Shown: positions 50,006 to 63,429 of the stretch, one piece after another | Numbering within the stretch: the first letter of the stretch is position 1 | Layout of the letters: the number at the start of each line of letters is the position of its first letter | Assembly (NCBI RefSeq): GCF_018350175.1 | Contig: NC_058373.1 | Location: 104,100,001-104,164,000 of the forward strand | Direction: 5' to 3' | Origin: Felis catus | Lineage: Eukaryota | DNA: 64,000 bases | Made by a program: the position numbers and the translations under genes | Notes under the pieces: generated by a model | Database searches by the model: none | Told to the model about the DNA's origin: nothing | The model's input: the letters and a program-made list of their open reading frames with translations, nothing else

Positions 50006-50143
50006 TAGGCACTTGTTGTGATGAGCACTGAGTGTTGTAAGTAATCGCTGAATGGATCGCTGAATTCTACTCCTGAAACCAATACTGTAGTGTCTGTTAA
50101 CTAACTAGAATCTAAATAAAAATATGAAAAGAAAAAGAAAAGA
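50006..50143 (+). mobile_element. Carnivore L1 3' tip
   Basis: GATGAGCACTG...CTACTCCTGAAACCAATA...TTAACTAACTAGAAT, A-rich tail. Confidence 0.88.
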
Positions 50144-50599
50144 GAGGATGTACAATCCAGGAACAAACAGATATGTTAATGCTGCCTCGGGATTTCTAGG
50201 GCTCGGACTGCTTACCAAATCCCAGCTCTGAAAACATTCCACTTTGGAGTCCCCGACTATCTACATCTCCTCTGCTATCTCCTCCATCGACAAAATGGAA
50301 AAATTCCACCAGAGATTAATTCTTGCCTGCATGGCACTTTAAAGATTAAAATGCACTACACAAAAAAAGCAAAGCATTAGCCATAGGGGAGGAATAGGAA
50401 AATCACCAAGAGAAGAGGTAATAACAAGTGAATCAACCAGAAGGGAAACCATTGCTAAAAATGAGCTACGTGATTGATATAAACTTAAATTTCCTGTCTT
50501 GATCCCTGGAGTATCTGTAGTTTGCCTGATTGAGACTTAACTAAAATCAAATTTCCAGGCAAAGCTGCTGTGTTTATCTAACGGGCAAACCCATGTTTT

Positions 50600-50804
50600 T
50601 AAAAAAAAAATTTTTGTAACGTTTATTTATTTTTGAGAGACAGAGAGAGGCAGAGCACAAGCAGGGGAGGGGCAGAGAGAGAGGGAGACACCAGGCTCTG
50701 AACTGTCAGCACGGAGCCCCATGTGGGGCTCGAACCCACAAACCGTGAGATCATGACCTGAGCCAAAGTCGGACGCTTAACCAGCTGAGCCACCGAGGCG
50801 CACC
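50600..50804 (-). mobile_element. Can-SINE with small internal deletion
   Basis: Reverse head at 50804. Confidence 0.93.
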
Positions 50805-51719
50805 AAGCCCATTCTTTAAACTAGAAAAACTGAAGGTAACTTAATTGTTAGGTGAGCGTTAGGGCGACTTTTATCTCTCTCTCTCCCCCTGTCTGTCTTT
50901 GTCTTCCTGTCTCTTTCTCTCTCTGTCATGTGTTGATCCTCACATTCAATCATGTCACAACTGATGGTGTTCTAAGTTATGTGTTGTACAGCTAAATATC
51001 TACCTGTAGAGAAGCTTTTTTCTTTACTGACAAAAGTGCTTAGGGGCCATCAAATATTTTGAAAACAGAGAATGCTTTCAGGTGTGATAGACTCTTTTGT
51101 CCCTTACTACCACCCAAAGAGATTCCAAAGTCTCCCACATGGATTTTATTTGGGCAGATACATGCTAAACCAGGTGAGTGTTTTCTAGAATACTGCAAAA
51201 TCAGCTAGGAGATATTCCTTACTTGCTTCTGTAAAGTTTATGTTTCCTGAAATGTCTTCACTACCCCTTGGGACAACTACAGTTCACATTTCATCGAGGT
51301 GTGAGCCTCACTTCTTTCAAGAAACCCTTGCTGCTACAACCAACACTGGAATGACTCCTCTCCAAGTTTGTAAAAGAAAAGAAAAACTAAAAACCTTTTT
51401 TTAAACATGAAAAGGCAAATTTGAATATGATAAAAGTAATGATTGGCTGCCATTGTCTGCCCATCACTGTCCTCAAAGATGCTGGAGGGTGGGAAGACCG
51501 GCTGCTTGGAAGGGAAGGAGAAGCCTACGCGGGTAACCGCATCAGGAAGCAGGGAAACCAAGGGTGGTCTCCACGTCCCCAGTTTCTGTGGATTGAGCTA
51601 ATCTGATGGGTGTCAACTCTCTGGGAGATTCCTGGAATCACTGCCTCTTTCCTGGAACCCCGGGCAACTACAAGGCCCAGCCAGCATCATTCCATGTACA
51701 CTCGGGCTAGAGTCGACAA

Positions 51720-51738
51720 CTGCCACTAGGTGGCACCA
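51720..51738 (+). promoter_or_regulatory. Candidate CTCF binding site
   Basis: CTGCCACTAGGTGGCACC matches the CCACYAGRKGGC core. Confidence 0.6.
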
Positions 51739-54007
51739 AACTGTGGCCAGGACGGGGACTGATTCAGATGGCACAGACTCCTGGAACTCCCAGATGGCTA
51801 GTTGGGCAGCCTGACTCTGGTCATTTCATTAATTTTGCAATATGATGCCAGGATCTAGGCAAGTGAATTTTTTGGGCCATGCGTCTCTCATCATGGCTAG
51901 TTTTACTCTACTTACTATTATACTCAATGTTATGTAGTGTTACTAACGAGCTTGTATATTTCAACTCCCAGCCAAATTCCAAGTTCCCCAGAGAAGAAAA
52001 ATCATGTTTTCTATAGTTCTTGTATACCTCACCGTGTCTAGTGTGGTATGGATGAAGGGTAAATATTCAACAATTACCAGTTCTATTGCACGATCGAACC
52101 TTTAGTACAGTATCCATTGTCTCAATATAGATTTCTTTAACTGCCTGGATAGAAACCTGTCTGCCATAGATACTCCAACCCCAGATACATCCCACATGCA
52201 CAGGAGGCTCTGGCGCTTGACTCTACAATTGGCCAGCCTTTCAGAATACAAGAAGTTCATTCCTTTCTCAGAGAGGTAAACAAAGGAACAAAACATCTTT
52301 CGTCAAAATATCTGTGTGATTCCACTGCTGAGTTATAAACACAACTTACTACTTTTTCTGATTTTGGCGGGGGTGGGGGGGCGGGGGTTTGCACATGGCT
52401 ACTTATACAACCTCTGTTTTTTCCTATCTATGCTAAGTGATCGAGGAAAACAGAAACACACCCTGTACACACACAGTGTGTCCTTCTCAGGAGGAGTCGC
52501 CAGCACAAAAGTCTGGAATGTGCTTGGCTTTGCACCCATCACAGCAAGGCATTAGAAATATTGGATTTAGTGTTGTGCATCCACAGATATAAAATTAGGC
52601 CGACAGAAGTCTGGATCTGGGCCTCGCTCCATACTGCTAACTTGTAGAGCGCTGGTAGCCAAAAGGGTTTGGAACAGTTGTCTCTCTACAGATGCTGCCA
52701 TTCATTTCTGTGGGAACAGAACCACTTACATCTAATTACAGTTTCTGCTTAAATTAACAGGACAGATATGACAGCAAAAACTTCTTCAGACTAACTGGTG
52801 GGGAGACCTTTAGCTGACACAATTTATGAGGTAGTTGGCTTACAGCAAAGTAATGTCAACTTTCAAAAGTAATTTAGAATTCATATGATGCCATCCAGCC
52901 ATTTGCAGCAGCTACAGGAAAATATGTGGGATGGGGGTTTGGGCAGCAGAAGAGGCAGGCAGAAGCATGCACTGTTTTAGAAAGAAGAATAGATTATCTT
53001 ACAGAGTCAACAATTTGAGACAGATTAGGTTATTTTACACAGTACCATTACATTACATTACAGTAGCTAGTAAGCGGTGGAGGTGATGTGCGAAGCCTGA
53101 CAGTTGAACTCCAGAGCCTTTGTTTTTAACCTTGACTGCCTCGAAGGATAGCTAAAGTCCCAAGTCATGTTGAAAATGACCACTAACACACAATGAAAGG
53201 AGATTCTGTGCTGGTTTGATGACAGTGTTTGTGGCCTTCATTCTGGCCAGTCAATTTCATGCTGTGAGATCCAAGGTGAATTGATCCTTCAGGACCCTAT
53301 AAGTCCCTAGAATGGGTCACAAAGTAACCCACTGAGTCTATTCACTGTAAACACTGGTCAGGCTGCCCTTGAGAAGGGATGTCCCAGCGGATGGCCAGGG
53401 TTCATAGCATTTGCTTCCAAACTGTCTTCTTGACTATTCTATGTCACCTTTTCATGTGTTAAACCTCTCCTACCCATCTATCTAATCTGCCAATTCCAAC
53501 CTTTGCCTTCATGACCTGGGCTCTAATTACCAATCCCTGTACCATCCATTTGATCAAAAAGCTGGCAAGCAATCGCTTTGGCTGGGGGCAGCCTTAGAGC
53601 CTCAGATATCCATGCCTGCCTCCATGGACAGCCCTCACCTGGAATAGATCAACTGTGGAATCACTAACAGACATATGGTGGGTTTGGGATGATTGTTTCT
53701 CTTGGAGTCTAGAGAAGGACAAGGAGGGACCCAGTCTTATTCTTTGTGAAAGTCACTACCAAAAATAAAGCTTGAAAAATTGTAGGATTTCACAGGATAC
53801 TAGATATAAATATAAATAGATGTATAGATACTATATATGAATATATATGTAAACATGTACATATATAATACATATTTTCCTGAGTAATATACCTCATTTA
53901 AAAGTTGTATGCTAAAATGAAGCACTTAAATTAAGTTCTCTTAACTGCTCATCCTGCTAATTCCTGATGAGAGGATAAAAAGTCCCTCTTTTAAAAGTAT
54001 AATTCGG

Positions 54008-54207
54008 AGGGCACTTGAGTGTCTCAGTTGGTTAAGCATCCAACTCTTGATTTCAGCTCAAATCATGATCTCATGATTCATGGGATCGAACCCTGCATCA
54101 GGCTCTGCATTGACAGCATGGAGACTTCTTAGGACTCTCTCTCTCCTCTCTCTGCCCCTCCCCTGCTCTCTCTCTCTCTCAAAAAAAAATAAATGGACAT
54201 TAAATGA

Positions 54208-54237
<30 letters not shown>
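54008..54237 (+). mobile_element. Can-SINE
   Basis: TSD AAAAGTATA(A/G)TTC; (TAAA)n tail. Confidence 0.94.
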
Positions 54238-54238
<1 letters not shown>

Positions 54239-54376
54239 AAGTATAGTTCTGGATCCTGAATCATAGGAGTTAGAACCATAAAGTTTCTGGCCTACAATTG
54301 GCTGATTTTTAAATTTTTATCTGATATGATTTTCTGTAGTTCAGAATAACAAATGTATTCCAAGAAGTGCCTAGAT

Positions 54377-55492
54377 CAGAGGTCATCAAACCGCGGACCC
54401 TGGACCAAAATCTAGCCTACTGTTTGTATTTGTAAATAAACTTTCATTGGAAGGTAGCCACACTCATTTGTTTACGGATTATCTACAGCTACTTTCACAC
54501 TACAATGGCTGAAATGAGTACTTACAACAGAGATTGTACGACCCACCAAAGGAAAAACTGCTTCCTTCTACTCATAAGACTTCTGACACCAAATGTGTGG
54601 GTATTTGCCCACCCCAACCAATTATCCAACTCCCCACACACCACCTGGGTTGTCCCACAATTCCATTCTGATACTAACTACCCAGAGTTAGTGCACACCC
54701 CTAAGTTAAGGGCTTAGCCCCATGAGACTCCCCTCACTTGAGAGACCAGTCACAAGTCCCCAGACTGTTACTTGTATTTTTGATCAATGGGTTGTAACCT
54801 CCTCAGGTTCAATAATTTGCTAAAATGGCTCACAGAACTCAGGGAAACACTTAAGTTTTACTAGCTTAATATAAAGGGTATAATAAAGGATACAGGTGAA
54901 CAGCCAGATGAAGAGTCATATAGGGCAAGGAAGGTCTGGAAGGGTCCCAAGCTTAGGCGCATCTGTCATCACAGAATTGGGGTGCACTGTCCTCTCAGTA
55001 TGTGGGTGTGTTCACCAACCCAGAAACTCTCCAAACCCTGTAGTTTAGAGATTTTTATGGACGTGTCATCATGTAGGCATGATGGATTATTAACTCAGTC
55101 TCTAGCCCCAGAGGATGGAGTGGTAGGTAGAGTCACTGAAAGTTCCAAGTTTCTAAACATGGCTTGGTCTTCCTGGTGGTCAGCGCCCATCCTGAAGCTA
55201 TCTGTGTCCTCCTCACCCCACAACCCCCTACCCCCGACCGCCCACCGGTCCTCTCATTAGCATACAAAAAGACCCTCTTACCGCTCCAGAGATGCTAAAG
55301 GTCGTAGGAGCTCTTGTGTTAGGAGCCTGAGTCAAAGACCAAATATCCCATCACTCAGGAGATGACAAAGGTTTTAGGAGTTCTATGCCAGAAACCTGGA
55401 CAAAGATCAAATATGTTTCTTATTATTCCACACATTTAAGCGCTGAGAAATTTATTATCTGGCCCTTTAGAGGAAGTTCACCAACCCCCCTC
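54377..55492 (+). mobile_element. MER58A-like hAT MITE split by an LTR
   Basis: 5' part 54377-54546 (TTTGTAAATAAACTTTCATTGGAA), 3' part 55433-55492 (ATCTGGCCCTTTAGAG); CTAG-centred 8-bp flanks. Confidence 0.8.
54547..55432 (-). mobile_element. MER21-like solo LTR
   Basis: Minus start TGTGGAATAATAAGAAACATATTTGATCTTTGTCC...CTCCTAAAACC; internal GCTAATGAG and TTGGTGTCAGAAGT. Confidence 0.8.
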
Positions 55493-56429
55493 TTCTAGGT
55501 GAATAATATGGGAGAGCTTATATGAATAGCTTGTAACGTAGATTTTACCACCAAAAAGAAGCTTTTGGGTATGTCTGTCTACTCAAAGACTAATAAACAT
55601 ACCACATCTGATGTCCAGAATTCAGAACACACTGTTGCCAATAGCTGATTTTTTAATTCATACACTTCACAGCCAAATCTTTGAAAAACAATCAACCTTG
55701 AACTTTAACGTCAAGACATTTTTGCCAGTTACTTTTCTCCCCGGGGTACTCAAGTTATAAAATAAAATCATCGTTCTTTACTCGCATAGTCTCAGACTAG
55801 CAAGAGTACATATTTGCCTGGTTGATTTAAATAATGAAGAATAACAGAAAAAGAGCAACTCAGAGGGTTAATATAAAATTTAGAGGTAAAGCGAAAAGAA
55901 TGAGGGAAAGAAATAGTGACAAAATTTTATTTCTCCTTAGAGGAAAAAAAAATACCGCTCCCAGCTCATTTAAATAATTATTCGTTTAAAACACTCACAT
56001 TTGACTGTGTAATAATGAGATAGGTTTGTAAACCATCCCTGTAAAGTCTCTTCTAGCCACAGAAAATAATTCTAAAACATCCGTAATGAACAACATGAAA
56101 CATGTTTTTACCTGTGAACTTCAGGGAGATGGAAGGGGGCTTCCCAAGCCCATACAGTGCTGGGGTTGAAGAAAGCAGAGCCTGGGAAGTTATGGAAGCA
56201 TGTGCTGGGCTCTTGACTATGAACAAAAGCACCTCCACAACCCTGGGCACACGCATAAAAATGTGTCCTCTTTGAGTCCAATTCTTATGTTGTTCATTCT
56301 ACTAACCTTTCCAAAGAGGGCTTCTGTTTTATTGATGTAAGACCGTTTTTGGATGACTCTTTCGGTTGAGGGAAAAGAGAATAAAGTTTGCAGCCTCTCA
56401 GTTATATAGTTGACATTGCTTTAAGGTAG

Positions 56430-56650
56430 AGGCAGAAAAGGATTTGGGCTGGAAGTCACAAGCAGTGATTTGGGTCTCATCTCCGCTTCTCTCTAGCTGT
56501 GTGATCCTAGACAGGTCATTTGCCTACTCTGTGTCTAGGTTCCTCCTCTGAAAAATGTAGATCAGGGAGGAAGCCCCAACCTACCAGAAGGCAAAGTTGC
56601 AAGAATAAAATGAGGTCGAAGATAAAGAATAAGTCTTTAAAAGTTAAACT
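56430..56650 (+). mobile_element. MIR
   Basis: CTAGCTGTGTGATCC...TTCCTCCTCTGAAAAATG core. Confidence 0.75.
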
Positions 56651-58312
56651 TTTAATAAAAATTAGCATTTTCTCCCAGGGGTGTGTTACCTTGTATTTTT
56701 AACTCAATTGGTCAAACATAAATTGAGCCTTTTCTTACCCGGAGTGTGCTGACAATCTTAATACAGAAAACCCTGATTAGTTTGGATGTACCAAGATTGG
56801 CAGTTGACTTCTGTCTTCCTCTAGCCCTCATTCTCAAATTCTAACCTTCTGTGGGGAGGGGGTGAAGCTTTAGGGGGAAACGCTGGGAAGCAGGGAAGCA
56901 GAGCGTGGAGCCCCAAATCCCATATCTTCCCAGCCCAATTTCCCACTATTAGACCAGGGCAAGCAGGGGTAATTACCCGGGAGCTTTTTGGAACGGCTGT
57001 CATTGTCTTGTCGGTCCCAGATAGCCTCAAGACCCAGAACTACCTCACGGAAATACAAGCCAGGGTGAAAAACAGACACAGGTGGGGCCAACCAAAGCCA
57101 GGAAAAGAATAGATTTGAATTGGTCATTTTTACCCAATACCCAGCAGCTAGTTGAACACGACTCTCATGGCCATTTCCTTGTAATGTTGTCACTCATACT
57201 TCAGCCAATTTATTTCTTCAGCCCCCACTGGTCACATCATGACCAATGTTGACCCATGACCAATGATGACAAAAGTGGACCCAAAATGGGGCGAAAGCCA
57301 AAGATCGCTAGCTCTCTCCTAAAGTATTTGGTGGTGAGGAAATGGAAACATCTAGCATATTGGCTTTACTGATAAAGCTTTGGCGAGGAGCTCATTGCTA
57401 CACAGTAGCATCCTGAGTTCGTGACCAAATGAAGAGGGGATCTTGTTTAGGATGGGACCTCTCTCACTGAATCTTAGAGTCGAACGATAGTTGGAAACTG
57501 CCTTTGAACTTGTAGTTCCCTGAATGTCTCTTTTCCTTGTCAACTAGGACTGTGAAACAACCTTTTTAGAGCTCAAGACCAGTAACAAGGCAAGGAAGAT
57601 ATTTCTCCTATGATTTCCAGCACGTTTTGAAAGCAGAAACTGACACAGAACCCTATTTAGAGAGTAAGTATGACCAAAAGTCTCAGATAGCCACGCCATC
57701 GGGTAAAGAAAAAATGATAGAAATGGAAATTTTAGCCTTCAGCACACTGGCACTATCCTCCTTCAGGCCACCAATACGCGTTATGATCAAAGGAAAGGCA
57801 ATTTAAATTTGTTGGGCAGAATTTTTTTTCTCCCCAGCCTATGGGCAAGGCTGTTTTATTTGCTTGACCCTCTCTAGTCCTAAAACTATTTATGGTCAGA
57901 TATTACCCAACGTGTGAAGAGCCACAGAACAAAATTACATTTCTTTTAACCAAGGGTAAGGGAAATAAGTTAATTTCATGCTATTTCTTGAGGTCAGATA
58001 ACAAAACGCACATTTACCCGGGAAGAGAAATCATAGGCCTTTCTTCCCCAAATTGTGAGGCCTGAAAGTAAAAGCAGCTGAATCCAGGCAGTTGATGAAG
58101 CAAAGCTCTGGGAGTGCAGCCAGCTGGATGCAGAGCCCAATGGTGGCCAGTCGGGCTGTGTTCAGAGCACAGGGTCATTGGTAGTGGCTCCTTCGCTGGG
58201 TGACTACCATGAGGGGACTTAAGAGAAGCCCCTGAAGATAATCGTTTCTACTTCTAACGAGCCCAGGAGAGAACACAGTTGTCAAGGCTTCCTAGAGAGC
58301 GGACTTCTAGAC

Positions 58313-58754
58313 CAGTGGTTCTCAAACTTCAGTGAGCATCAGAATGACTGGGTGGTGGGGGCGGAGGGGGGGTGGTGAGGCTTATTAAAGCATAGACTGC
58401 TTGCCGGGCCCCACTCCCAGAGTTTCTATCAGAAAGTCTGGGGTGGAGCTCATAATTTAGGTACCTTTTTTTTTTTTAACGTTTATTATTGAGAGACAGA
58501 GAGAGGCAGAGCATGAGCAGGGGAGGGGCAGAGAGAGGAGGAGGCACAGAATCCGAAGCAGGCTCCAGGCTCTGAGCCGTCAGCACAGAGCCCCATGAAG
58601 GGCTTGAACTCACAAACCGCGAGATCGTGACCTGAGCCGAAGTCGGACGCTTAACCGACTGAGCCACCCAGGTGCCCCAATTTATGTGCACTTTTAACAA
58701 GTTCCCTTGGTGACGCGGCTGGTGGTCTGGGGAATCACACTTTGAGAATCACTG
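58313..58754 (+). mobile_element. MER5A-like hAT MITE split by a SINE
   Basis: TIRs CAGTGGTTCTCAAA / TTTGAGAATCACTG; flanks TTCTAGAC / TGCTAGAT. Confidence 0.9.
58466..58678 (-). mobile_element. Can-SINE
   Basis: Reverse copy inside MER5. Confidence 0.95.
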
Positions 58755-59409
58755 TGCTAGATTAAGATGACAGTCTTAGAACAGGAAAAGAGTAAACATA
58801 ACCTTATATTTTTCATTGAATTGTATTTGTAGAGCGGATTCCATCACACGATATTGATGAACAACCACAAGACTTACTAAAGAAGCTCAAGCTCTGAGGT
58901 TGCCTTGGGTTGATGTTTTGGGAGTCTCTCACATCCCCAGGGAATTACAGACCAAGAAATGGGCCCTTTAAGGGCTGAGATATTGGTGGACCCAAAGCCA
59001 CCAAGATAGCTTGAGAGGAAACTCTGGTCCTATATCCTCAAGGGTACATGGCTCACTGATTATCACAAGCTACAGTGGCTTAATTTGGAGCCCCGCCCAA
59101 GGTCAGATCTGCAAACCCAGGAGTCCATGCAAATCTTTCTGATGCCAGATTCTAGGGCAGAGCACCCGATGAGTGATATCCCCAGAGGCTGCTGACAATG
59201 ACTCTCAAGACGTGGCTTCAGGCAGACCAGAGGATGATCTCAGCGCATTTGTTCTGAAATGATCCGTAGACCAAGAACAGACACGTTAAAATATATCCCC
59301 AAACAATCCAGCCGTCTTTCGTGCTATGCTGAAGAGTTTAACAGGTATTTCCTGTAGGATGGGCCAAAGAAAGAGGGGTGGGGGGTGGAAATCCCTTGCA
59401 CAGCATGTT

Positions 59410-59590
59410 ATAGTTTACAAAGCAATTTTCACATATATTGTCATTCAGTTTTCATAATCCTGCAAGGCTTGTAGCATCGGTCCCATTTTACAGATGAGGA
59501 AATGGCAATCGGCAAGGTGTGCTCAAGTTCAAAGACCTGAGATTCAAACCCAGGCTGCACAAGCTTGATGCCTGATGCCACACTGCCTCT
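59410..59590 (-). mobile_element. MIR
   Basis: CCCATTTTACAGATGAGGAAA...GATTCAAACCCAGG. Confidence 0.85.
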
Positions 59591-60389
59591 CAGAGGCCAT
59601 GAACAGATGTACAGCAGCAGCCCCGGAAAATGTGCTACACAAAAGTCAGGAGGACAACCAACACAAAGCACTTTAAATTCTCCACACCAAGCAAAGTAAG
59701 AAGTGAATGAGGCAAGGGGAAAGCTGTTTGGCCAGCCAACGATGGAGAAGCAAATAAAAGTCAGATAGTATAGGATTGTTTTTTTCTTTTGAAAGACATT
59801 TATACACCGATCTCACAAGAACAAAATAAGAGATTTAACTGAAGGTACACTTCAAGATTCTTACATGAATCCCTGAGGGATCCTTAAGCCGATCCCTCAC
59901 TCACCAATGCTCCCATAGACATATTTAATGCTCAAATTTTGTGGGATTTTTTTATTTTAGGATTTTCCAGGAAGACTCAGTACTACAGGAACTAAAATTG
60001 CTTTTAAAAGCGGTCAGTTTCCGAGAGCCAGTGATGTTGAGAATGCTTGTCGACACAGTTTTTAAATATGTATTCATGAAGTTACACTTCTCTCCTGAGC
60101 TCATTCCCCTCCCTCCTTCTTATCTCTCTTACGTCCTGGGTCAGAGCCAGCCCTAGGCAATACTGACAAGTACAAGTTTATTTTCAGCACCATCTCCTCA
60201 TTCCTAATCTCCACGCTCTCCATCTTCTTATAAAAACCCCAGGTTCTTCTTCCTACCTCCCTTCACCCAAGAACTCGGTTTTCTTTCCTTTCCAATCAGA
60301 ATCTGCCCTCCAGAAAGGATATGATCAAAATGTCCACACTTGTTCTAGACCAGTGGTTCTCAACTTTGGCTGCACATTAAAGTCACGTA

Positions 60390-61482
60390 GAGTAAAACCT
60401 TGGCTAGCGGGGCACCTGGGTGGCTCAATCGGTTAAGCGTCCGACTTCAGCTCAGGTCACGATCTCACGGTCTGTGGGTTCGAGCCCCGCGTTGGGCTCT
60501 GGGCTGATGGCTCAGAGCCTGGAGCCTGCTTCCAATTCTGTGTCTCCGTCTCTCTCTGCCCCTCCCCCGTTCATGCTCTGTCTCTCTCTGTTTCAAAAAT
60601 AAACGTTAAAAAAATTAAAAAAGAAAAAAAAAACCTTGGATAGCAAGCAGCTTGTTCTGTGAGTGTTCTGCAAGACAAGGAAACATTTCTGATAAATTTT
60701 AACTGGATAAATGAGCGATGTCTTGCAATACCAGTAGTCGGTGACACTGAACATCACATGAGCACAACTGAGCCAATGGTTCTTCTCTCTCTCTCTCTCT
60801 CTCTTGCTGTGGGACTGTGGGTGATCGTCTCCCATGCTCAGATGCTCGGTCTCAGGCCACGGTGTTTGGCAGAAATCAGTGATTTTTCAGAATGTTGGAA
60901 GATGCCCACGACTGGCACTAGTGTATTTTTTGTCACTTCAAAGCACCTATGGACAGTCCTTCGCTTTTCCATCTGGAATGCTTTGCTTCATTCTAGGTCA
61001 GGCTGCCTGCCTGTATAGACCCTTTCCTCTGCTGTCTTATTGCCAGTTACATTAAATACAGTATATGACAAGAGTTTATTAATACTGTACTGTAGTCAAT
61101 ATCCATATGAGCATATACAGTGGCCCCCATGCAGAAAAAGATTCTGTTGAGCCAATAGATAGCAGTGGTTCTGTTACTGATAGTGAAAGTCATCCTACAC
61201 AATAACCCTCCTCTCTCTAGTTTCCCTCACACCAGCCATGACGGTTTTCCAAGGTAAGTGCAGGTTAATTTGTTTATTTTTCTTCATATTTTATATTTTC
61301 TTTATTATTTTGTATTATATCTCAGTATTGTAATCATTTTTATATGAATATTTTTGGGTTGTGGAATAAATCATCTGGGTTTCCATTATTTCTTACGGGG
61401 AAATTCACTTTGATATACAAGTGGTTTGGATTACAAGCATGTTTCCAGAACAAATTATGGAATTATGCTCACAAACCAAGGT

Positions 61483-61489
<7 letters not shown>
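60390..61489. mobile_element. Non-autonomous Tc1/mariner (Tigger-like) element
   Basis: Terminal inverted repeats AGTAAAACCTTGG / CCAAGGTTTTACTG; TA at the left flank. Confidence 0.8.
60409..60630 (+). mobile_element. Can-SINE inserted in the left TIR
   Basis: TSD AAAACCTTGG(C/A)TAGC. Confidence 0.96.

Positions 61490-61524
<35 letters not shown>
61488..61524. repeat. (TG)n microsatellite
   Basis: Seen directly. Confidence 0.95.
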
Positions 61525-61527
<3 letters not shown>

Positions 61528-62678
61528 CCTGAGCTCCACCCTGGACTAATTGAATCAGAATTACTGATATGGAATTCTGGCTTCTGTATTTAAAAAAAAT
61601 CACCCCAACAGATTCTACATAGCCAGGGTTGCGGATCACTATCTATACATAAATGGGTAGGCTTATTATATGTCTTTCTGGAGATTTGAATTTCATATAG
61701 TAGCACAGCCTTAGTATTGGTATTTTCAGGCAGCCTCTAAGATTAAGGCAGAGTAGGAGAATCAGAGGGAGAGGAGAAACGTTACTATGAAGTCACTCCC
61801 TGTATCCTATGATTGTCATCTCCACTAGTGAGCTTTGTGGGACTGGTCATTGGAAGGTCCTTCAGACATGTGTATTTGGCTTAAGGTCATTCTATCTCAT
61901 GGTTTGCCTTTCACACACACCGCCCTCTGACTGGTGTTCATGTTGCCTACACTCAGAGACCCTTCAGTTATCTCTATTTTTCCTCCATGTTGTCAGATTA
62001 TTTTCTTTTATAGGCTTGATTCAAATACCTGCCTATGATTTCCAGCATTTGTCTGGAATAAGGGGCCCCAACTTATTAAGCATGGTAAATGCTGTGGCAA
62101 TGGACCCCAGGTCTTTCTGTAAGGAGAACAATTAAAGCTGACTGTCACTTTCTGGACAATTCTCATAGAGTGGCAATTTGGTAGGATCACTGAGAAAGTA
62201 GGATCTGTTTCTCAGCTTTGTGGGCTCTAAACCACAGTTTTATTATTGTGCCTGAGAGTGATTCAGCTTCAAGAGGTGGCTCATACTAATTTACCCCACA
62301 AGTCATAATCCCAATGGACTCATTTTTATTGAGATATTTGATTGCTAAATGGACTACTCCCATTGTCCAGGCTATCCTTTAACTTAGAAAATTAAATTAA
62401 GATCAAGGGCTTCGTTAGTGAGAATAAAGGTAGAGCAAAAATATATAACAAAGCAGTGCCTCCATAAAGTACTTCCTGAGATTCCATCTGGAAATTCTAG
62501 AAAATATTTAGCCATACCCACTGCCTCGTTTTCTCCTTGCCTTTGAAGTAGAGATGTGCTTTCTGGAAATCAGACTTTGGGAGGGGCAGAAGGATCAGTC
62601 CAAGAGGACACTGTTGTTGAGGGATATTGCCAAAGACAATCAGTTACCTGATGTCTGATGTAGTCTCTCCAACCAGAC

Positions 62679-62899
62679 CAGTGGTTCTCAAACTCTTCTG
62701 CACATTAGAATCACTTGGGAGCTTTAAAAAATTCCTGCTACCTAAGGCACACTCCAGACCAATTAGGTCAGTATCTGTGGGGTGGGAACCCAGGACATCA
62801 ACATAATGCGGGTTCTAAATATATTTTAGAAATGTGTCTCCAGTGAACTCAGGTTATATTTTCAAGCTCCCCCAGAAAAGCCAAGTTTGTGAACCACTG
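62679..62899 (+). mobile_element. MER5A-like hAT MITE
   Basis: TIRs CAGTGGTTCTCAAA / TTTGTGAACCACTG. Confidence 0.85.
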
Positions 62900-63429
62900 A
62901 ACTAGGTTAAACTATTAGCATATCCACAGATTCCCTTCTTCCTTAGACAAGGCTGGAAATAACCCCCTACTTCCTTTTTCTGTCTGCCGTCCTGTTTAGG
63001 AGAGTTCAGGGTAAGGGAAGTATATATTTATATGGCAGACACTGAAGAGGCCTTTATATATTTTGTCTCATCAGTTCTGAATGTAAGCTCCACATTCTAA
63101 TCCACAGGGCTGAGCTTCCTAAAAACACATTATGTCCACCACAACCCTCAAAACCAAGGCTGAGAGAATCACTGAGCCACATAGATCCCTTCGGTCTTTT
63201 GGCACTTATCATAATAATATCAGTTGTTATATAAGCCAGATTATGGAGGGTCCCATCCGGACAGACACCTGGTAACAATATAACAGAAGTGTTAAAAATA
63301 TCACAGAATATATTGCCAGTGAACTCGGGTTTGCATACATACCTCCTAAGATGAAGGGCAAAATGTAACATGGTTCCATTTCTACTGAAGTAGAAGACCT
63401 TCCATCCAGAAGAAATTAAAATGGAGAAA

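Larger units (their letters stand above)
60351..61641 (+). mobile_element. MER5-like hAT MITE split by a Tigger-like element
   Basis: 5' part CAGTGGTTCTCAACTTTGGCTGCACATTA (60351-60389); 3' part about 61525-61641 ending GGGTTGCGGATCACTA. Confidence 0.75.

Noticed and set aside
798..60602. Many recurring ORFs such as MAQSVKRPTSAQV... and GAPGWRSRLSVRLQ...
   Set aside because: Translations of Can-SINE copies, not a gene family.
245..60630. tRNA genes or a CRISPR-like array suggested by recurring tRNA-like heads
   Set aside because: Dispersed SINEs with CT tracts, poly(A) tails and TSDs; no full cloverleaf or regular repeat-spacer period; eukaryotic DNA.
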